DNA of 62,321 bases, counting the filler, from Platydemus manokwari (Eukaryota): the NCBI GenBank assembly GCA_037951405.1. It is 6 parts of 6 records of this genome, joined end to end, with 100 filler letters (N's around TTAATTAATTAA, not from the genome) between each part and the next. Parts side by side here need not be neighbours in the genome. Positions count along the whole stretch, not along the records: positions 53,408 to 62,321 come from JBBMOY011330650.1; 5 more parts are not named here. One strand, given 5' to 3'. The position numbers and the translations under genes are program-made. The notes beneath the pieces are model-generated. The model worked only from the letters and a program-made list of their open reading frames with translations. It had not been told where the DNA came from and did no database searches. This document shows positions 54,115 to 62,321 of the stretch, one piece after another. Each line of letters begins with the position of its first letter. Position 1 is the stretch's first letter.

Positions 54115-57100
54115 TTAGAACAAGCTCAACAAATTGGCCGTTGTTGCGTAATCCACGGGTTTCTTTCCATTCTAAATAATAGGATATAATGATAAATATG
54201 ATTCGCCCATGTAGATCTGTAAATGAAAATGTACTTTATCCACAAGATTGACATTCGCTCGAAGTTCGATGAGTAATTTGGTACAATCATAAAATCCTTC
54301 AATAACAGACCAATGCAAAGGTGTCAAACCATTCCCATCTAATTCATCAACACTAACACCTGCTTCTAGGAGAGCCGGAATTATATTATGTCTTCCTCGA
54401 ATGGCTGCACAATGGATGGGTTGAATACCTTTATGGCCCTCAAAAGTTTCAGCCCAATGAATATCCGCGCCGCACTAACAAATAACAGTATAATTATATT
54501 ATTATTCAAACCCCACGTACCTTAACCAATAATTTTACAATTGTCAAATGACCGAATCCACAGGCTTGGTTTAATGGGCTAATATCATAGCTAGTTTTCT
54601 TGGTATAGGAATCGGTGATTTGACCTTTTAAGTTAGGGTTGCACTTACATCGTAAAAGCCAGAATGAAAGCTCATTGTGTCCTTAAAATTTTAAAGAAAA
54701 ATTAAAAGAATGATTTTCTGCCTTTCGAAAGGATGTGTTGTCAATATTTTATATCGATGTTAAGGATGCAGCCACAATTTTAAAACAAAAAGTATTTATA
54801 TTGATTTTACTAGTTATATATCTTTTATAAATCTCTTTTTATTATTATCATTAGATAAAGAATATTTCTTCACTATATTATTGAGTATCAGACCTCACCC
54901 CGATCACAAATAATAATCTAACAGATAAAATTTTTTCAAATTTAGCGAAAAATAGACTAAAAGATAAATATAGGATTAATAAAAATACAAAAATAGAATG
55001 AATAGCTAAAATAGAAAGACGAAACAAAAAATAACATAATTAATATAGAATAAATATAAAAATACAAGAAGTAAATAAAAAAAAACGATAGCAATATAAA
55101 TAATCGTTAAAAAATTTGTCAAAAAGCTAATACAAAAAATTGTATATCGAAAGAGTAATTGACTCAAAATTGTTGAAAATCATGTTAATCGGCCAATAAT
55201 CATTCAAAGCAAAATACTTGAATTTCCACAAATATTATCCGTAAATCACAAGTTACTAGAATACCTTGCGTGGTATTTTAGTAATTAATAAGTAGAGAAG
55301 AAAAATTTCATATTTCACGATTAGTGAAGGTAGTAACCTACACTATTTCATTATTTAGTCACATTTTTCAAGTAATTTTTATATTGTTAAAATGAAATCT
55401 TATTGTAAATTTTTATGTCGTCTTTAATTTTAATGGATTTAATCCAGTCCAATCATACTATTAATTAATTATTAAATTCAGCGAAAAATCATTTATAACC
55501 ACGAGGGATTGCTACCATTAATAGGTCCAATGCTCAGCAAGCTAATTAGCGACCAGGACTCTAGCGGGACGAGCACAGACACTTAAAATCAATACTTATA
55601 TCACATTAAAACCCTATATTAAAGATAAAAATAATTACCACCCGTTTATTGCCTCATTTAAATTCAATTTATTATTTCATATTTGTATCATTATTGTAGT
55701 GACTTGTAATACCAATTATATTTTATTTCTATTGTATTCATTATTGATTTAATTGGGACCACATTGAATTACTTTTGATTTTCCAATAATGTTGGTTAAT
55801 TCTGATCTATATTATATCAACTCTAAACTTCTATAAACCACAACAATATATTAATAAGATATTTATAATTTTAAAACGTCAGTGTCGTTATTTTTCAATG
55901 AAAACTCAATCTAGAAATGTTAATTATGTTAGTTTATATTAGTTATATCAGCTTCTTAAAATAACGTTAATCTGGAATATTTATTTTTTTTAGAAAATGA
56001 TTTGAACTCATTTTCTGCTAGTAATTAACTCGGTTTTCGCAAACAAATTCGTCGTATTTTAAACATATTCAAATACAGTGGAATGAAATCAATATTGGTT
56101 ATCAGTATTCTGCTATAAACAGACATATTCAACAGTGTTGAAAACTATAGAATGAATTGATAATAAGAAAAAGAAAACCGAAATCGAGTTAATATGTAAA
56201 CCTAATTACCTTTTTCAGCAGTTAAGTGTAGGCATGAAATACCAGTGCTGAGTGGAATATTAAGTGAACTATTGGCAATACCAATTAGATAAACAATAGC
56301 TTTTGTAAATCCTCTTTGGCAAGTTATATGAAGGGGAGTTGCACCAAGATGGTTCTCTTGAATGTCAGAGTTAGCACCACATTTAATTAGATATTTCATA
56401 ACATCTTCTCGGTTTTCCGAAGTTGCTATATATAGAGCCGTGAGATTGTCTCGATTTACACGGCTAAATACAGCATCAATCTGAGATCCATGTTCAAGAA
56501 GTAGTTTTACAGCTCTCTACAAAAACATAAAATTGATTTAAAATATTTTTAAAATTCATTAATGATTATTTTAATACAAAATAATAATATTAATAATTTA
56601 ATTTCTCCAATCTTTATTGATTTTTAAAAACTTACAAAAAATTTTTGAATTTTACAATAAAACAATATGCGACCGAATCTCAAACAATGAATAAGAGAAA
56701 AATATCTAATTTTATAATTAAAAAATTTGTAAACAACGTTTATTTTATTAAAGTATTCGATATTTGACTAAAAGATCTACAAGCAAAATTGAAGGATCTT
56801 TGTATATCTTTTAATGAATGATTCAATAAATGACCAGAAGCATGTAGATTTAAAAAAATTTTCGATTTTAAATAAAATACCAAAATATATTTTACAGCTT
56901 CAATAATTTGATAAATTACCTTATGACCTTTTTCAGCTGCCATGTGTATTGGAAGCATTTTCGATCGATTTCCATCAGTGGCCTCTGCATTAACATCAGC
57001 ACCAGCCTATCGGAAGTACAGAAAATAATTACCGATCTCAATTATAAATATAAAATAAAGATAGTAATAGAAAGGAAATATGCTAGCATTTCCTACTTCG

Positions 57101-60100
57101 GGCATACGAAATACGATATAATCGAATACAATTATAAGAAACGGTAGAATGATTTGATCAAGCAATCGACAATCCCAACAATTAATCAATTATTGACTCG
57201 TTTCATAGTTATTTCTATTCAACAGTATCAGATAGGCACACCAATGTACTGGTACACTATTCACTCACTTTAATGTAGTTATTAATTATATATGATTTAC
57301 TTACCGTATTTTGAGGGCTATAAGGTGCACCTTAACTATGGGTTGACTGATATATTAAATTAAAAATGTATAGCAAGATTTAATGCTCTTCATCATCCAA
57401 AATATAACATTTACTTATATTAACATCATCACCATCTTTTTTTTTTAATATTCCAACCTTAATAAATTCTAAAAATCTGTTTTAATGTGCGTCTTATAGT
57501 CCGAAAAATACGGTATGTAAATCATGAAATCATTTTTATTTTGAAAGACAGCTTAGAGGAAAATAAAATTAAAAATAAACTCCAACCTCTAAGAGCATCT
57601 GCATAATATCAATGCATCCAGCATTTGCAGCATAATGCAGGCATGTGAGACCACAATCTTCAACTGCAGATACAGAAACACCCCAATCAAAGAATAATTG
57701 CACAATTCCCAAATGACCGCTCTCGGTTGCCAAATGAACTGGTAAAATGCCATCTCTGTCTCCAGTAATCATGCGAGCAAATGGATCTGCTCCATGCTCC
57801 AATAATAATTGAACTATTTCTACACTTCCCACCTATTAGATAAAATAGATATAATCGTGAATTATAATTTGAAAGTTTTGATTGCCCAGTAGTTCTATTT
57901 ATCAAATATAAAAGCATTTTGAGTTAACCTCCCAAAATATCTATGAGAACAGCATAAAAATTGTTGTTTAAAGTCCATTTCATTTTATGTTGAAATCAAA
58001 CTTCCAATATTGTTTCTTTGAAAATAATTGATATCATTGATTTAAAGCCTCACTATTTGATAATGTAACAAACTAAAAAACTGATAATTTTACCACGATG
58101 TTTCTCGACGACTTACAATTAAAACACAAATCGAGTCATATACGAACGAACGTTTTTCAAATTAAATCAAACCTGAGCAGCTATATGTAGACAAGTAGCA
58201 TTGCGACTGCGACTGACAATGCATTTACCACTGACATCAGCACCGGCCTTCAGTACAGTTTCAACACCGACAACGTTTTTCTTGCTAACCAATGTCAATA
58301 GGGCATTAAACGAATCGCTACGACTACTATCGATATTAACACTTGCTGACTGTTGCTGGGTTAAATATTTCACAGTGGTTATCAAATCATTGAGAGCAGC
58401 TAAATGTAATGGGCTGACCCGTTCAACGGATTTAAGAATCATTGTAGAATTGACACTACTGCCAAATTGAATTAAAATCTAAAATTTCAGAAAATTTAAC
58501 TCCATTTTTGATTACAATAAAATTTTCACCTCAACTATCTCATCTAATCCATTTTGAACGGCGACATGAATTGGAAGAACTTGTTCACCCTGGCCTAAAC
58601 AACTTCTAATCTGAAGATCGACTCCAGCATAGATCAATTCTTTGGCAATTATGATATTTTTGTTACGCAATGCCACATGCAAAGCTGTCTCATAATTGGG
58701 CGAGCTTATGAAGTTCAGATTAGAACCATATCTGAAATTTACAAAATTGTCGATTAAAAACTTTTGTAAATTTTGTAAAAGTATTAAAATCGAAACAAAG
58801 AAATCCAAATGCACATAAATAAAACAATAAAACGCGCAATAATTCAGACAATTCACTACATTATTTTATATCACTTGTATATAACATTTCTAGGTACGAT
58901 ATGCGAAATTCTTAGTAACAAGAAGAAAATTACCACTTAGATAATAATAAAAATTGTATTCACAGAGCTACCTATCTACGAATAAATTGCTCCAGTGCGA
59001 AACTTCAGCGAAAAAGTCAGTAAATTTCCCGATTGTCTTAATATTTATAAAACAATATATTTTAAACTGTTACAATTTTGGCTTGAACCCCTTTCAAACA
59101 AATCATAATTAAATTTTAAAATAAATAAACAATTAGCTTAAAACCATGGCTACGGAAACCGTAGACCTAAACATCTTCAGGTCTCTACACTCATTGGCTG
59201 GAAAAATTCTTTAAAATCTGTTCTATCTTATTAGAATCACAAACAATAAAATCATCATTATAAAAATTAATTATCGTAAATCATGGTTATTTGTTCAGTG
59301 CATAATTTGATTCATTGTATCTTACAATATTATTTTATTGATTTTATCATTTATTTATTTATAAATAAGTGTTATAGTTTTATAAAACGTCGATTTTGGA
59401 ATCAGGTAACCAATCAAAAGCATTCTCAATATAATTTTATTATAATATTTTTTTACAAATCGTGCATTTACATTTTCGACTTAATCTCTACCCGTCACAA
59501 ATAACACTAAGTTGGAATATAACATTGACCTCTGAAAAATTAGACAATAATGAAAAAATGAAGAACATTTTTATATGTTTACTGATTCACTTTTGAATGA
59601 ATTAGTTTCTCGATATAAAGTCTTTTGTTAATCGAGGGTTTTTTTTGAAAACACCACCTTATTCGGTAATATATCGAATAATTTGTTAATAAAATGAAAC
59701 TTATGATTGATTCACAAGACTGTCACAAAAGTAGAGATTCAATTGAAACGTGAAATGTTTTGCTATCTTTTGTAAAATTCTTATATATTCGTTGAAAACA
59801 AATACTTCATATTCGTTAAGCTTCACTGAAACATCTAAAATTCTTCCCTAAAACACGGTCAATTCATGGATAGCAGTAATTGGTAAGCATAAAGTTCTAA
59901 GATTTTACAACAACTAAACTAAAAACTTTAATAAAAATGATACTGAGGCTCTGAGACTTAAATTTCATAAGTTTTACCATATTAAATTTATTTAAAACCT
60001 AAATTGAAATTTTGGATGACATCAATAATACAGATGTAATATGATTTCCGCATTTACTATGTGGTAATTGAACTGAAGTAGTTTGTTAATATTTACTCTT

Positions 60101-62098
60101 AACCAAACCAGATTGTCATGAAAATGATATTTACTTATCAGACCCACTAGATCGACTTTTTTTCTCTTTTAGATTAAAAAAATATTGATAAAATAAAAGC
60201 CACAGTAACATCCGACTTTAATTTATTTACAGCAAAAATGTATTAACTATAACTTTGATGTAATAAATAGCAATGTGCCTGAGTACATATTGATAAAAAT
60301 ATCGAATCAACAGATGTAGTCGTCCTGTCACAAAACCAATTTAAGTAAATATTATATTCCGTTATTTATCATTTGAAATTTTATATGGCAATTAAAGTCT
60401 CATTGTTCCATTATAAAACGTTAAAATTATTGTGTTTTGTTTTTCGTAATTATATTTATTAAATACATTTCTATATCTTATACCACAATCACAGACAGTG
60501 TGCAATCTGATAAATAAAATAATCTAGGTAACAATTGCAGAATTTTTATCTGTCAACGCGATATTTGCATTGAAAATCACTGACCAATGAGATTTGAAGA
60601 TATCGTACAAAATACGACCTTGATTGAATATCAATGTCCTGGATTCATATAAGTTTAATAAATAGTTAACTGTAAATATCTTGAAAATTAAAATTACAAA
60701 AATTCATAAATTTTCGTCATGAAAATGAAAAGATGATTTCAAAATTAATTAAAAATTATCAGAAAGAATATCCTCAAAATAATATCGAGGGTAATTCTGT
60801 TATGGAATCAAAATGTGATTACAAATAATGTCTGCGGTTAGCCATTGAGCGATAGTGACACTGAGAAAGTGGTAAAGAATTCAAATTCATTGAGATCCTC
60901 TACAGTATTAATGAATAGAAAAAACTACGAAACCGTTCTATTAGGAGACTTCCTATTATAATTGCGAATAATCAATCACAGTAATCCTGACAAACATTAA
61001 GAAATTAAAAAAGATAATCATAAATTAATTTTAAGAAATAAATGTATAAATTACAAGAAAAATTACCTGATCAGAGATCGAAGATTATTCAATGAATTGC
61101 ATTCTACTGCCAGAAATATTGGTGTCATTGTGATATCATTATGGACGAAAATCCAGTTTGGATTTGCACCATGTTCTAGGAGTCTGAGAATATCGGATTC
61201 AGTGCCAAATTGTAAAGCAAAAACGAGATAAGTAAATTTCAATTCATAACTGCTGACATTAATATCGATTTTATCGATTAGATTGTCTACAATATTGAGA
61301 ATTTTTTTTAACTCTTTTCTTTAATAAGAATCGATATACTTACATATTGGATCGTGAAGAAAATAATCAATTCCGATACGGAAATCTTTAGTGAAACAAG
61401 TATGCAAAGCCGTAAATCCTTAAAGCAAATACAGTAAAGCCAATTTAAATATTATAAAATCGAAATAAACAGCTTTATAGTTTCACTATTTTTCAAAGAC
61501 ATTGATTTTAAGCTGCATTAGAATAAATCAAGTCCACTACAAAAATGTCCTTGACTACGTGACGACTTGACATTGGAGATCTTCTAAAATCAATTTTGAT
61601 TTTCGGGCGAAACTTTTAGTGATTATTAAGTCACTTATTTATGAAGTTATGAAAAAACGATATTCAATTTTGAAATCAAAATAGAAATTTTATTAAAAAA
61701 AACCATTTCTCCTAGCAGACTGATTGAGAACTTTCCTGTAGAAATTGCTATGATTACGTGTTCAATGACCTTGGTAGTCATTAGCAATTAATTACACACA
61801 TTTGTATTACTAGTACCATCACTTGCCATCCCAGTGACAGAAATATTATCTTACGAATTCATGAATAATTTTTGAAAAAAATTCTTTTTATTAATTTTTA
61901 AAAAATAAACTGATGACATTTAAGATTTTATTCACCCAATCTGTATGGTATTTATAAAAACTGGTACCTTTATTGTCTTGTTTGTTGATATCCACTTCAA
62001 TGTCCAGGAGTAGTTTTATCAAATCTGCATTCTTCTTGCACGATGCAATTATCAGACCAGTTTCATTTGCACAATTAAAAGAATTTTTATCACAACCT
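54115..62098 (-). CDS. long ankyrin-repeat protein, 5'-partial; exons 62098-61968, 61418-61344, 61286-61067, 58731-58530, 58478-58173, 57832-57587, 57006-56920, 56516-56210, 54681-54521, 54474-54235, 54171-54115
   Basis: Eleven phase-consistent GT-AG exons (about 676 aa) made of serial ANK motifs (TALHVA, SPLHLAA, TCLHYAA, TPLHIT, LLLEHGAD, TPLHWS); ends NGKKPVDYATTANLLSLF*; upstream exons not identified within the window. Confidence 0.9.
57304..57513. mobile_element. pogo/Tc2-like MITE (210 bp) in an ankyrin-gene intron
   Basis: TA flanks and about 28-bp imperfect TIRs: CCGTATTTTGAGGGCTATAAGGTGCAC versus reverse complement CCGTATTTTTCGGACTATAAGACGCAC. Confidence 0.85.
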
Positions 62099-62321
62099 CT
62101 AAAAAATTGAAAAATACCCTAATAATACTTTATAGAATTAAGAAAATAAAATAACAAAAATTATTAGCCTAATTAATCCAATGTTGATAACGAAAATATA
62201 AATTCAGGTACAGCCTCAAAACCAGTATATAAGGTATAATTCATATATAGGGCGGCAACTTTGCATATTAATATTTCTAAGGACATTGATACTATCCATA
62301 CAATTAAGTTCTCAATTCTTA

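Overview
Strongly AT-rich eukaryotic (metazoan) scaffold with short GT-AG introns (about 46-63 nt) and five artificial N44-TTAATTAATTAA-N44 gap linkers. The TRAF type and repeat content suggest a free-living flatworm, but that is inference only. Host genes: a NET-family (NocA/Elbow/ZNF503-like) C2H2 transcription factor (-), a 3-exon TRAF (+), a 5-exon OTU1/YOD1 deubiquitinase (+), the 5' half of UDP-glucose pyrophosphorylase (-), and the last 11 exons of a long ankyrin-repeat gene (-). The rest is mostly decayed transposons (piggyBac, pogo, Ty3/Gypsy, LINEs, two MITEs). Two highlights are largely invisible in the ORF track. (1) A fossil Polinton/Maverick (adintovirus-like) endogenous virus at about 37.9-42.8 kb, with minor capsid, pX-like core protein, major capsid, a conserved accessory gene, PLA2-like and integrase remnants. 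(2) A NeSL/R5-type RLE non-LTR retrotransposon at about 34.5-37.7 kb whose 5' half (zinc finger, Ulp1-like protease, RT domains 0-2) is inverted relative to its 3' half, in the geometry expected from twin priming. All calls come from manual translation and motif recognition; no database search was run.
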